Assembly: GCA_002429005.1 (NCBI GenBank)
Contig: DIYK01000018.1
Location: forward strand, 1 to 64,000
Direction of reading: 5' to 3'
DNA length: 64,000 nt
Origin: Verrucomicrobia bacterium UBA6056
GTDB taxonomy: Bacteria > Verrucomicrobiota > Kiritimatiellia > SS1-B-03-39 > UBA6053
Made by a program: the position numbers and the translations under genes. This document shows, in pieces, positions 9,472-19,200 of the stretch; position 1 is the first letter of the stretch; every line of letters starts with the position of its first letter. The notes under the pieces were generated by a model. The model saw only the letters and a list, made by a program, of their open reading frames with translations. It was not told the DNA's origin and did no database searches.

Positions 9472-10755
9472 GTGTCAATGATGTTCAAAACCGCTTCCGC
9501 TCTGATGTTGACCAGCCTGATGCTGACAGGCTGTGGCCCTGCGGGCCCTCGCAATGCAGAGAAAGGCATTGAAGCTCTGAATAAAGACAAAGCGGCCAAA
9601 GCTCTGCCGAAATTGGAGAAAGCGGTCAAACGCTATGATGCCCCTGCTGAAGTATGGAATGCGCTGGGATTAGCTCGAAATCAGGCAGGACGTCGGGTCA
9701 GTGTGGAAGAGGCTTTTGCCGAGGCTCGAAAAAAAGATCCCCTATCCTTTGTGGCCGCATATAACCTCGGCGTGTTCCTGAAACAGGAAGGACGCTTTCA
9801 AGAAGCTACGCCTCATCTTCAGGAGGCGGCCCGAATTGGCCCCAAACGCAGCGAAGCCTTACGGATGTTGGCCGGGATTGCGGCAGAACAGAACAACGAG
9901 GCGGCCGCATTGGGCTATCTTCAACAGGCACGGGAACGGGACCCCAATAATCCGGAACTGCTCAACGAACTGGCCTTGGCCTTGATGCCGGTGGCCCCGA
10001 TTTCCCAGGTGCGTTCCCTCCTGCAGCGGGCGGTGGCATTGGACCCCAATCTGGCCAATGCTCAATTGAATTTGGCAGCCCTGTTGGACACGCATCGCCT
10101 CGATCCCGAACAAGCTATCAGTCACTATGAAGCGTATATGCGCTTAGAGCCGGAAGACCTCCGCTCCATGCAGGTGATGTCCCGCATTTCCGTCCTCGCC
10201 CAGCGGGTAGAGCGGGGAGATGTACAACGCCCGGACCCCGTTCGCCTGGAAGTGGAATCGCTGCTCGAAAAAGCCACACAGGCCTCCAGTGACGGTAACC
10301 GCCAGCTGGCACTGCACCTCTGCCTGCGGGCATCGGCCTCTGCACGTCGTGCCAACCGGAATGATTTGCAGGAACGTGCTCTCCGGGCGGCTCCGGCACT
10401 GGCCCCGGATTCCGCACGGGCCCATTATGCCCTGGGAAGTTTTTTGTATGAGCAAGGACAATTGGCTGCCTCTCTCCCCCCGCTGCAAAACGCATATAAC
10501 CGTGCCCCCAGCTGGCCCCCGGCATTGCAGGCTTTGATCGAAGCTCAACTCGCAACCAACGAACTGCGGGCCGCCCGTGAATTGCTCAAAGAAGCTGAAA
10601 CCCGCGCGGCCAGCAATCCCGATTTAGCATTGGAAGTGGCTCTGCTGACCAACCAACTTCCCGGCGAAAGCACTCGGGCCCGCCGTCTGCTCAAGGAATG
10701 GCTGGATGCGAACCCCGCACATGCCCGGGCGGCAGAAGTACAGGCTTTGCTGTAA
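9472..10755 (+). CDS. tetratricopeptide-repeat lipoprotein
   Basis: Lipobox (LMLTGCGP). Repeated A/L-rich 34-residue TPR-like units (…AWNALGLARNQAGR…, …AAYNLGVFLKQEGRFQEA…, …AHYALGSFLYEQGQLAAS…). Confidence 0.65.
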   Translation: MSMMFKTASALMLTSLMLTGCGPAGPRNAEKGIEALNKDKAAKALPKLEKAVKRYDAPAEVWNALGLARNQAGRRVSVEEAFAEARKKDPLSFVAAYNLGVFLKQEGRFQEATPHLQEAARIGPKRSEALRMLAGIAAEQNNEAAALGYLQQARERDPNNPELLNELALALMPVAPISQVRSLLQRAVALDPNLANAQLNLAALLDTHRLDPEQAISHYEAYMRLEPEDLRSMQVMSRISVLAQRVERGDVQRPDPVRLEVESLLEKATQASSDGNRQLALHLCLRASASARRANRNDLQERALRAAPALAPDSARAHYALGSFLYEQGQLAASLPPLQNAYNRAPSWPPALQALIEAQLATNELRAARELLKEAETRAASNPDLALEVALLTNQLPGESTRARRLLKEWLDANPAHARAAEVQALL

Positions 10756-10995
10756 GCCTCCTACTCTTCTCTCCACACACTGGCACACAGGATTGCCAGC
10801 AAACATGGATCTCCGGCAAGATACCCGCGCTCCAACTTTTCTGTGCATGGGGTTTTGGTCAACGTAAGCAAGCTGGCTCTGTCTACCCATCTTGAGGGCC
10901 GCAGTAGTTACGTCCTCAGGAAACCTGCGAAAAGGTTACCTGTGCCCCCCCCGCTCTCATCCAGGCAGACCGAGAAGTACCACGTCACTGGCCCC

Positions 10996-11247
10996 CTATC
11001 GTTCGTCTCTATCCCGGAACAGGTCTGAAAACCAACTGAAGGGAGGGAAGTTCAGGTATCTGCACCCAAGATTCAGACTCAGAACATATACACAAATCAC
11101 TGCCATTTTATTGAAGTTGAAGGCATCTTCCAAAAGATCGCTTAACCACGTCGCCCCGAAAATTGTTAGAATGAATAACACGAGTTCCCGCAACCTCGGA
11201 TAACGGCGTTTCGGCCCCGGCTTTTCAAGAATCGAAGAAAGAGGCAT
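10996..11247 (-). CDS. possible small membrane protein (about 83 aa) in an AT-rich tail directly after rlmH
   Basis: ATG 6 nt downstream of the rlmH stop; MPLSSILEKPGPKRRYPRLRELVLFILTIFGATWLSDLL… contains one or two hydrophobic helices. The region (about 11040-11250) is much more AT-rich than its surroundings, so it could equally be non-coding. Confidence 0.2.
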   Translation of the reverse strand: MPLSSILEKPGPKRRYPRLRELVLFILTIFGATWLSDLLEDAFNFNKMAVICVYVLSLNLGCRYLNFPPFSWFSDLFRDRDER

Positions 11248-11252
11248 GTATC

Positions 11253-11684
11253 TTAGCCCTCCCGATGATAGGGATGACCGGCCTGAACACAGTGCACCCG
11301 GTAAATCTGCTCCATGCAAATCAGCAGCGCCAGTTCATGCATCAGGGTCTGTTTGCCGAAGCTCCAGCGCTCATCCGCGCGTTGGCGCAGAACTTCGCCC
11401 AACCCATCTGCCCCGCCAATCCACAGGGCCACATCCCGGATGCCCTGTAGATCCCAGTCATCGAGTTTCCGACTCAGCTCCAAGGTGCTGAAGTTTTTCC
11501 CTCGTTCATCCAGAGCAATACATCGGCAACCTGCGGAGGCCTGCAGATATTCCGCTTCTGTACCTTTTTTCAGTTCCACCCGTTCGAGTGTGGCAAAGCG
11601 TTGCATGCGGGTTTCATACATCTGCACGCCTTCCCGCAGCCAAGGAAAGGATAGTTTACCCGTGGTGATGATACGCCACTTCAT
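11253..11684 (-). CDS. rlmH: 23S rRNA (pseudouridine1915-N3)-methyltransferase RlmH (SPOUT)
   Basis: 143 aa, MKWRIITTGK…LREGVQMYETRMQRF…VELKKGTEAEY…IALDERGK…, which is the canonical RlmH length and motif pattern. Its start overlaps the stop of the upstream gene. Confidence 0.85.
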   Translation of the reverse strand: MKWRIITTGKLSFPWLREGVQMYETRMQRFATLERVELKKGTEAEYLQASAGCRCIALDERGKNFSTLELSRKLDDWDLQGIRDVALWIGGADGLGEVLRQRADERWSFGKQTLMHELALLICMEQIYRVHCVQAGHPYHREG

Positions 11685-14600
11685 TCGCCAAACTCACAGA
11701 GAGCTTCGACCCAGGCCGCGGAACCATCCCGCACCCAACTATCGAGCTGAGCGGGGTCTTTCAACTGCTGTCCCCGCAGGCGGTTCACCTCAATGAAACC
11801 GCAGTTTGCCTCCGGAAGACGCGTCATATCACTCCATAGTTTTTCATACTGGCTCACTGGAAACACATCCTCCTGACCATGCCCCCAACGTTTTTTCACA
11901 TCCTTGAGGGTAATATAGGTGGGCAGCTGAGCCCCCAGGCTTCGGATGGCCCCAGCTACTTTTTCCGAGTCTCCGAGTTCCGAGCGCGTCAACCCGAACA
12001 AGGACAGCAAGGAGTCCAGATGAATCCAGGTGGTCATACTATTGTAGTAACGCAATTCCACATCCAGCTCCTCCCGGGGTAACGCCATGCCTTCCAACAG
12101 CTGGAGGCGCCCCTCGACCCGGGCCAGTCCGCCACCGGAGTCGGCCAAACGGCGGGGAATCACTTCAAAGGTCAAACTGTTCCCGGAGAGGATGTGCTGC
12201 CCAAGCAGAGCCGGATCCAAACTGGCGCCGGTCGTGTCCACATTATGCAACATCAGCCACTGCAGCTGCGGCCGTTCTTCCAGCAACGTCTGCAATACAC
12301 CATTGCGGAGCAACCCGGGAAGCTCAAACCAGTGTCCAACCGGATGCAGGCATTGTGCAGGCAGATTATCTCTGTAATCCCCCCCTTCCCCTGCTGAACG
12401 GGCCCAGCCCAATAAGGCACTGCGCAGACTCTCCTGCATTTTTTGCGCCTGCTCATTTAAGAGTTGTTGTGGTAACTCCTCCCACTGAAACAGTAGATCC
12501 CGTAGCATGGGAATCATGCGTACGCCGACCACCGATCCTTTTGAAAGATGCAAGGGCCCTGCATAGCCGAAATTGCCTGTGCGCTTCAGCGTTTCGGCAA
12601 TGGGATCATGGGTTAGATAACTGGTGGTAAAGACATGTGCCGGCATACAGCCATGCTCGAGACCTGTTTTCCGGGATTTAGCGACATGCAGCTCGAGAAA
12701 ACTTCGATGCCGGCTTCCCAATCGACAGAAGGGGTGCAAGCCCTTGACCACACCCGCGCCCTGAGTCCAACGACTGCCCGTACCTGCCGCCAACGTAATC
12801 ACGGCAACTTCACCTGCAGCCAGGGCTGCAGCTCCCCGCCTCGCAGCTTCAGGAGAGAGTGCATCGGAACGAGGCAACCCAGCTGGCTCCACATCTTCAA
12901 TACGAGTCGTTGGAGGAAGACGGTTTCGGGCCAATCCCAATTTTCCGCTTTGCAGCTTCTGTCTGACCTCTTCTTGCTGCAGAGAATCGAATCCGATCTC
13001 CTTGAGCAAGTTCTCCAGGCCGGAAGCACGTTCCGAGACATCGGATTGAGGTAAGAGTTGGGTAAATAACGTGGGCACCAGAGAGGCAAACTCCGTACCT
13101 TGCCGGCTTTTTTCCGCCAATCGTAAGAGCTCAGCCCGACGCGCTGCACTCAGATCCCGGGGATCGGAACGCACCCAATCCGGGAGCATTTGCGCATAAT
13201 AGGAAACCGGCATCAGTGCCGTATCTCCCGTCAGGCATTCACAGAAGCTCCCCTTCTCGTTAATCCGAAAATCATACACCACTGGATCCATGGCAAAAGG
13301 CAGGGCGTGCTGAAGATCCTCTTTGGCCTGTTGCATGTGCTGTTGTAGAAAATCACAGGCTTCCTCCCGACGTCCGGGGGCCACCATAAAGCCCATGCCC
13401 CCGCCGGACATGCCGCCCAGCATCCAAAAGCCCCAGAACTCTTCAGCAAAGGCTTCCCGCATTTCCGCAATCAAGCGTTCCGTATAGCGATTGGAAGCCC
13501 AGGGAATGATTTCCTGCAAGGGCCCTTCAAAGTTCCGGGTCGTGATCTCCCCCAATCGACGGATATCCCCTTCCTGTAGAGCCACCAAGATCTCATCAAT
13601 CAGCGTCAACGCCTCCTGCCGCGCCTCCCAGGCTTTTGCATCCCGCAAGAGATATTTCTCTGTGACCATCTCCAAAATGGGCCCTACATTCTGAGCCATA
13701 CCCCCGTGAACCAGAATCAAAGATTCCTGCAGCTTTTGCCGGCTGCTGTCCGGAACATCGTCCCGATCCAGAATCCGGTGCCGAGGCAAGAGCCTCCCTT
13801 TGGAAATACCAAATTCCGGATCCCCTTCACCTGCTTCACAGCCTTCGATGAGTTTAATCCCTGGCCAGACTCCTCCACTGTCTTGCCATCCTCCACCGGA
13901 TCCGCCCAGCCATTCACCTAAAATCGCACGCGAGGCCACAATCCTGCGCTCTGCCTCTGTCAACATCCCATCCAGAGATTCCGTTTGCCGGGTCGCACGC
14001 ATGCATAACGCAATCAAAGATGCCAACAAGTTGGTCGACACGGCCAAACGGGAACCTTTCGGAATATGGTTTACCCGGCTGACCAGTTCCAGCCCTTTGC
14101 CGGGCCCCACCATACGTTGCAAAAGTTCCTGCAAACTGGAACCGGAGCCCTCGAGTCCTGGAGGCACGATACCGGAGGCAATGACCGCAGCTTTGAGCAA
14201 GCCCAGATAATCCTTGGCAAAATCAAATACATCCCTGAGCTCGGAAAGATCTGCCTGCACACCGAGGTCTACAGAAGCCAAGCGAAGCACAGGCTCATCA
14301 ATAACCCGCAGATAGGCTTCCACGGGAGCCGTGGGTTCCCGGTCGCGCCCCCGCAGAGCCAGATCAATGGACACATTGATAACGCGTGCACCTTCCGGGT
14401 AATCCATGCCTAGAAAAAAGATATCACTCCATCCACTATGGCTCAGATCCATGCGAACGGGAGTCCGTTCCCGAAGTAACGGGTAGAGACCCTTCCCGCT
14501 GGCCTGCAGCAGTTCAGGTCGAAGACTGAGGCCCTGATCCAGCGGGTGTCCCAAGCGGAACATCCACTGATTTCCTCTGGAAGCCCGTACGGAGCGACGA

Positions 14601-14992
14601 ACCTGATCCGCCAGCTGTTGAAAGGCCAGCTGATGATAGAGTTCTGCCAATGCACTGGCCAGAGGATCACTCAGACCTTGCTCTGCCTGTGTGGCCAGAC
14701 ATTCTTCGATGGCTTCTTCAAAACGGCGTTTATGAAGATGCAGTACGGAAGCATAGGGAATACGCCCTTCCCGCTTCAATTCCTCCCGCTCTGGCAGGTG
14801 GTAGCGGTAGATCGCATGGAGAAAAAACAAACATCGCACGCGCAGGTACAGGTTGTCTTCCACCCGTCGAAATTGATCCAGAGCGGCACAGGCCTGCAAT
14901 AACTCATCCCAGGAGCTCGTTGTACAAACAGAAGCCAGGTCTTGGTTGCGAATGTCTGGATCATCAGAGGTCAGCAGCTCCAGCAACCTCAT
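11681..14992 (-). CDS. large bifunctional sugar-activation protein: N-terminal GHMP-kinase-like region fused to a C-terminal UDPGP-family (eukaryotic-type UTP-hexose-1-phosphate) pyrophosphorylase-like domain
   Basis: GHMP motif-2-like 'IPKGSRLAVSTNLLASLIALCMRA' and motif-3-like 'LGGMSGGGMGFMVAP' in the N-terminal 60%. The C-terminus has the UDPGP signature 'VITLAAGTGSRW…KGL' and 'LMLHNVDTTGASLDP' (compare LNGGLGTSMG… and …NSDNLG…). The domain order is the reverse of Bacteroides Fkp and plant FKGP. Confidence 0.5.
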   Translation of the reverse strand: MRLLELLTSDDPDIRNQDLASVCTTSSWDELLQACAALDQFRRVEDNLYLRVRCLFFLHAIYRYHLPEREELKREGRIPYASVLHLHKRRFEEAIEECLATQAEQGLSDPLASALAELYHQLAFQQLADQVRRSVRASRGNQWMFRLGHPLDQGLSLRPELLQASGKGLYPLLRERTPVRMDLSHSGWSDIFFLGMDYPEGARVINVSIDLALRGRDREPTAPVEAYLRVIDEPVLRLASVDLGVQADLSELRDVFDFAKDYLGLLKAAVIASGIVPPGLEGSGSSLQELLQRMVGPGKGLELVSRVNHIPKGSRLAVSTNLLASLIALCMRATRQTESLDGMLTEAERRIVASRAILGEWLGGSGGGWQDSGGVWPGIKLIEGCEAGEGDPEFGISKGRLLPRHRILDRDDVPDSSRQKLQESLILVHGGMAQNVGPILEMVTEKYLLRDAKAWEARQEALTLIDEILVALQEGDIRRLGEITTRNFEGPLQEIIPWASNRYTERLIAEMREAFAEEFWGFWMLGGMSGGGMGFMVAPGRREEACDFLQQHMQQAKEDLQHALPFAMDPVVYDFRINEKGSFCECLTGDTALMPVSYYAQMLPDWVRSDPRDLSAARRAELLRLAEKSRQGTEFASLVPTLFTQLLPQSDVSERASGLENLLKEIGFDSLQQEEVRQKLQSGKLGLARNRLPPTTRIEDVEPAGLPRSDALSPEAARRGAAALAAGEVAVITLAAGTGSRWTQGAGVVKGLHPFCRLGSRHRSFLELHVAKSRKTGLEHGCMPAHVFTTSYLTHDPIAETLKRTGNFGYAGPLHLSKGSVVGVRMIPMLRDLLFQWEELPQQLLNEQAQKMQESLRSALLGWARSAGEGGDYRDNLPAQCLHPVGHWFELPGLLRNGVLQTLLEERPQLQWLMLHNVDTTGASLDPALLGQHILSGNSLTFEVIPRRLADSGGGLARVEGRLQLLEGMALPREELDVELRYYNSMTTWIHLDSLLSLFGLTRSELGDSEKVAGAIRSLGAQLPTYITLKDVKKRWGHGQEDVFPVSQYEKLWSDMTRLPEANCGFIEVNRLRGQQLKDPAQLDSWVRDGSAAWVEALCEFGE

Positions 14993-15837
14993 CCCCGTCC
15001 TCCAGGCACAGCGGCCAGAAGGTTTACGATACCGCCGAGGAATTCCTCACGATGTACGCCACGTAAGCCCAGAGCCAGCTGGGCATAAAACAAACCGTAA
15101 TCCATACCAATGTTATGCCGGCTCCCTGCCAGTTCCGCTGCCAGGACCTGTTCCTGCTGTACCAAATGATTTAACGCGGTGGACAACGACAAAGGCTGCT
15201 CCCGATCCGCTAATTCTCTCTCCAGGCACTCCATGATTCCAGGACTCAGCACATGCATACCAAAGAAACACAAATAATGGGCCACACGCAGGCCGGGGAC
15301 CACCAATTCCTGTTCCGCCAAAGTGGGGGTGGGTTTTTCCCGTACGACTTCTACCTTATACAAACGCTCCCGCCCCGTTACTTTCTGCCCCCCGACCGCG
15401 CCATAGAGCCCGAGCTGATGCTCCCGGGTGGACTGAACGGCCGATACACTGCAATCTTCCGTTTTGGCTAAATCCACCAACTGCCGCGCACAGCCCTGCG
15501 ATGTATCGCTGACATAGAGATGGTCTCCAACCAAGTGCAGAAAATGACTGCTCCCCACAAAGTCGCGGGCCAAATAAAGCGCCTGACCGTAGCCATTGGC
15601 CTCCGCTTGCGGAATAAACTCAATCAGATCCTGAAATTCTGCGGCCGCTTCCAGATAACGTTGTTCTGCACCAGGGTGCCCAATTAACCCTACCCTGCGT
15701 ATTCCAGCTTCCTGAACCTCACGTAAGAGAATCGCAAGTGCCGAACGGGACTGCCCATCCCGGTCCACGAGGCTTTGCAAGGGCAGATCGCGTTGGTCGC
15801 GACCCGCTGCGGTAATTACGGCACAGTCTAACTTCAT
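14989..15837 (-). CDS. sugar-1-phosphate nucleotidyltransferase (GalU/UTP-glucose-1-phosphate uridylyltransferase-like)
   Basis: N-terminal 'KLDCAVITAAGRDQR…LP' G-x-G-x-R nucleotide-binding loop and a Rossmann-like fold pattern. It overlaps the downstream gene by 4 nt. Confidence 0.6.
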   Translation of the reverse strand: MKLDCAVITAAGRDQRDLPLQSLVDRDGQSRSALAILLREVQEAGIRRVGLIGHPGAEQRYLEAAAEFQDLIEFIPQAEANGYGQALYLARDFVGSSHFLHLVGDHLYVSDTSQGCARQLVDLAKTEDCSVSAVQSTREHQLGLYGAVGGQKVTGRERLYKVEVVREKPTPTLAEQELVVPGLRVAHYLCFFGMHVLSPGIMECLERELADREQPLSLSTALNHLVQQEQVLAAELAGSRHNIGMDYGLFYAQLALGLRGVHREEFLGGIVNLLAAVPGGRG

Positions 15838-15914
15838 ACACAGGTCTCCTCAGGGATTACCCGTGGCTACGAAAGCACCTGGAAACGGTCAAGCCCAGGC
15901 TGGAAAGAGATGCT

Positions 15915-16295
15915 CTAGGACTCGGCCTCATCCCGCTCAGCTAAGGCCCGGTTCACCTGGCCGAGAATGTCCATCAAATCCTTGATCTCGATCTTTTTTC
16001 CCGTGTTCTGATCCGAGGTACTTTGTTCACGCAAGGGAATGAGAAAATCACGACGCCATTCCTCACAACGGTCTAAAAGCCAGTCATGCTGCTCCGCTTT
16101 TTCCGATGCGGCCTCCAACAAGCGGTTCAGTTCCCGAAAGATACTCTGCATCATGGCTCCCTTCTGAATCAACAGAGCGCGCATATCCGGAGAAAGCTCA
16201 TGAAAGCGTTGGTCGATTTCCAGATTCACTTCCCGCAGCAGCTCGCAGCTTATCGGGAGCACCTTGTCCAGCTCTTCACTCATGGCCAGCCCCAT
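15915..16295 (-). CDS. hypothetical cytoplasmic protein (126 aa), translationally coupled to the giant ATPase gene
   Basis: Its start overlaps the stop of the 1728-aa ORF by 20 nt. Charged and helical; no recognisable motif. Confidence 0.4.
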   Translation of the reverse strand: MGLAMSEELDKVLPISCELLREVNLEIDQRFHELSPDMRALLIQKGAMMQSIFRELNRLLEAASEKAEQHDWLLDRCEEWRRDFLIPLREQSTSDQNTGKKIEIKDLMDILGQVNRALAERDEAES

Positions 16296-19200
16296 AGCCC
16301 AACTGATTGAGCAGTTCAGAATACATATTCCTTGCCTGTTTCAGGCGTGCCGCAACCCGTTTGGGTCCAGATCCCTCACTCAACACAGCCTCTTGCCAGC
16401 GTTCAAATTGCTGCTCCAGCAACCTGGCCATCAGCGGGCTCAACTCCGAGGAGCCCGCCGCGGTGCCCTCGCCAGATGAAGGGTCTCTGCGTGGTGAGGC
16501 AGGAGCGCTCTGGAGCATCTGTTCGATTCGTGCGAGGGTCTCCTGATTCAGCCCGGCCAGAATTTCCTCTTCTGCTTGCGGGGTCACTGCGGCTTGTCGA
16601 ATGGCCTCCCGGATTTCCTGCAGCCCTTCTCCCATGACCGACAATTGAGCCACGGCCTGTCCAACCCGGTCATCCCCCCCTACGCCCTGCATGACCTGTT
16701 GTCGGGCAAACACTTTTTTAATTTCCTGCCAGCGCTCCTCTTCCTCCTTGGAGAGTGTCTTGGTAAGTTCTTTAAACTTCAACAGGTTGGCCTCTGCACC
16801 ACTGGTCAGCGTCTGGGATTCATTTTCATAATCGGAACGAATGAGGGTCTGCAGTTCCTCCTCATTCATGACCGCTTCAACTTTCCCGGCCAATCTCGAC
16901 ATATTCCGGTAGGAGCCCTGAAGTTTGAAGGCAGGTTCTGTGCGATAGGCATCCGCCTGTCCTGCGGATCGGATATATTCGCTGTTCACCGCCAGAATCA
17001 CATCCCGAATGTGAATCATTCGACGCATCACCTCCAGCATCTCCTGTTGTTCTTCAGGTGTATAGCGTCCTTTCAATTCCAAGCCCTCCGAATCACCGGA
17101 AGCGGCCTGTATCAGGGCATGAACATCATCCCGATTTCCCGCAGCCAATGCGTTCAGTGCAGGGTTAGAGGTGAGGGCATTTTCCAGAAAACTCAGTTCA
17201 AAATCTGCCGAATGATCCCCAAGGATATCGCCCAGATTGTAGGTATCCGCACGGTTAGCGAGCATATCGGGAATCCGGAATTTTTCCCCACTCTCGGTAT
17301 AGGGGTTCCCCGCCATGACCACGGCTACTTTTTTCCCGCGCAGGTCGTAGGTCTTACTCTGGCCTTTATACACGCCTTCAATTTTGCGTTGGGCATCACA
17401 GAGAGAAATAAACTTCTGAAGAAACTCCGGGTTACAGTGCTGAATGTCATCCACGTAGATCATGACATTATCCCCCATTTCCAGCGCCAAGCCCAACTTG
17501 TGAAGCTCTTCTCTGGCTGCGGCATTGGGTGCTTCACTGGGATCCAATGACATCACCTGATGGCCAATCGCCGGGCCATTGATCTTCATAAATACCAATC
17601 CGAGCCGGCTTGCAATGTACTCCATGAGGGTTGTTTTCCCATAGCCCGGAGGAGAGATGAGCATCAGCATGCCACTACGATCGGTTCGGGTATCTTTGCC
17701 CACCACCCCGATCTGCTTGGCCAGATTGTCGCCCACCAAAGGCAGATAGACCCGATCGATCAACTTGTTTCGTACAAAGGAACTCAGGACCCTGGGCATA
17801 AATTCTTCCAGGCGCATCTCCTGGCGGGTCTCTTCCAGCAGCTTCTTTTTCAGCTCTTGATAGTGTTCAAAGCGGGGGACCTGAACCCGCTGAAATTCAG
17901 CGAGGCGCTGCATGAACTCGGAATAGCGCAAAACCAGGGACCCGTTACTCCATCGGGGATGCACCGAACGCAGTCCTTCCAAGGGAATTTCCTCTGACAA
18001 GGTTGCCACCGCAGCAGGGTCCGCCACATCACAGCAAAGGAGAGCCGCAGCCTCCATGAGTGTTTCCTCCGGGCAGGAAGGTTTCTCTTCAGCCTCCAGA
18101 TAAGCCCGTAACCATTCAAGACATAGATGATAACGGGCCAAGGGTGTTTCTTGCAAACTCTGTAAGGCTTGTTTGAGTTCCCGCTCTGCAGCTAATTTCT
18201 GTAGACGCTCCCGCATGCCGGCCAACAAGGCCCCTGCTTCTGCAGAGATGGGATGGCGTTGTTCAACAGAAAGAATATCAAACAGATACTTCGCCGCGCC
18301 GGATGCGTCTCCTGAATCCCAAAGCCCACTCTGTTCTGCAAATCCGGCCAGAGCCTGTTCCAGCTCCCTCAACAAGGCAGCAGGACGCTGTTGTCTACGA
18401 AACACCCGGTTCGCTTCCCCGGCTCCCCGCATACGGGTAGCCTGAAGTTGACCCGCTTCTGTACCCTGGGCATACTGCCAGTAGATCAGAGCCAGAGCAC
18501 GTTGCAAGGGAGGCGTCTTCAAGAGCCCCAGCCCTTCCCGGAGCTTCAGCAGGGCTCCAAGCAACTGCGCAGCATCCTCATCATGAACCCCCTTCTGATA
18601 GCCTTCCGCATATCGGGGAGCCATAAAGTTCCGAACCTGTTCCAGAAGAGCCTCCGGGTTACCAGCCTCCTCTTCCAGGTCATCCAGCATAACGTAAGCC
18701 AAATACTCCATCCGAGATACCTGGCTATTTTCTGAGACACGTTCCTGCTCCCACAGGTCCTGGGTGGTCTGGAACGTTTCATCCTGTACCCGTTCAAAAA
18801 ATCCCGTCCCCGTAAGGTGCAGCATCATGTCCCCTTCCCTGGGCAGCAGGGTCAGATCCAACGCTTGCGTATTCACAGCAAAACGATGGCGGCCAAACTG
18901 AATAACGTTCTCGCCGCCCACAAAAAGCTCTTCGCGATCCTGGAGCTGACGCAAGGCCTCTTCGCGGCAGGTCTTGAGTTGGGTCTGCAAGTCCCCCGCC
19001 TTGATCGGATCTCCCAGCTCTTCCAACTGTTGTATCAGATCCCGCAGTTTCTCCACCATCATATCGGAGGCGAAGGTCGCATGAATCTCTTCGGCAGATT
19101 CCAAGTGCCCCACTCGGTTTTTCAGGGAGTTCAGCAGACGCTCCCCGCTGCGCATCAAGGTATCTGCGCGACGGTTTCGGGCCTCCAGCAACGAGACCCT

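Noticed and set aside
16576-17997. Plus-strand ORFs of 324 aa and 145 aa (16576-17550, 17560-17997) inside the giant ATPase gene, plus similar ones at 18817-19266, 19843-20310 and 20326-20658
   Set aside because: All are antisense to the 1728-aa ORF, whose Walker A/B/sensor motifs lie exactly here. They have no independent support.
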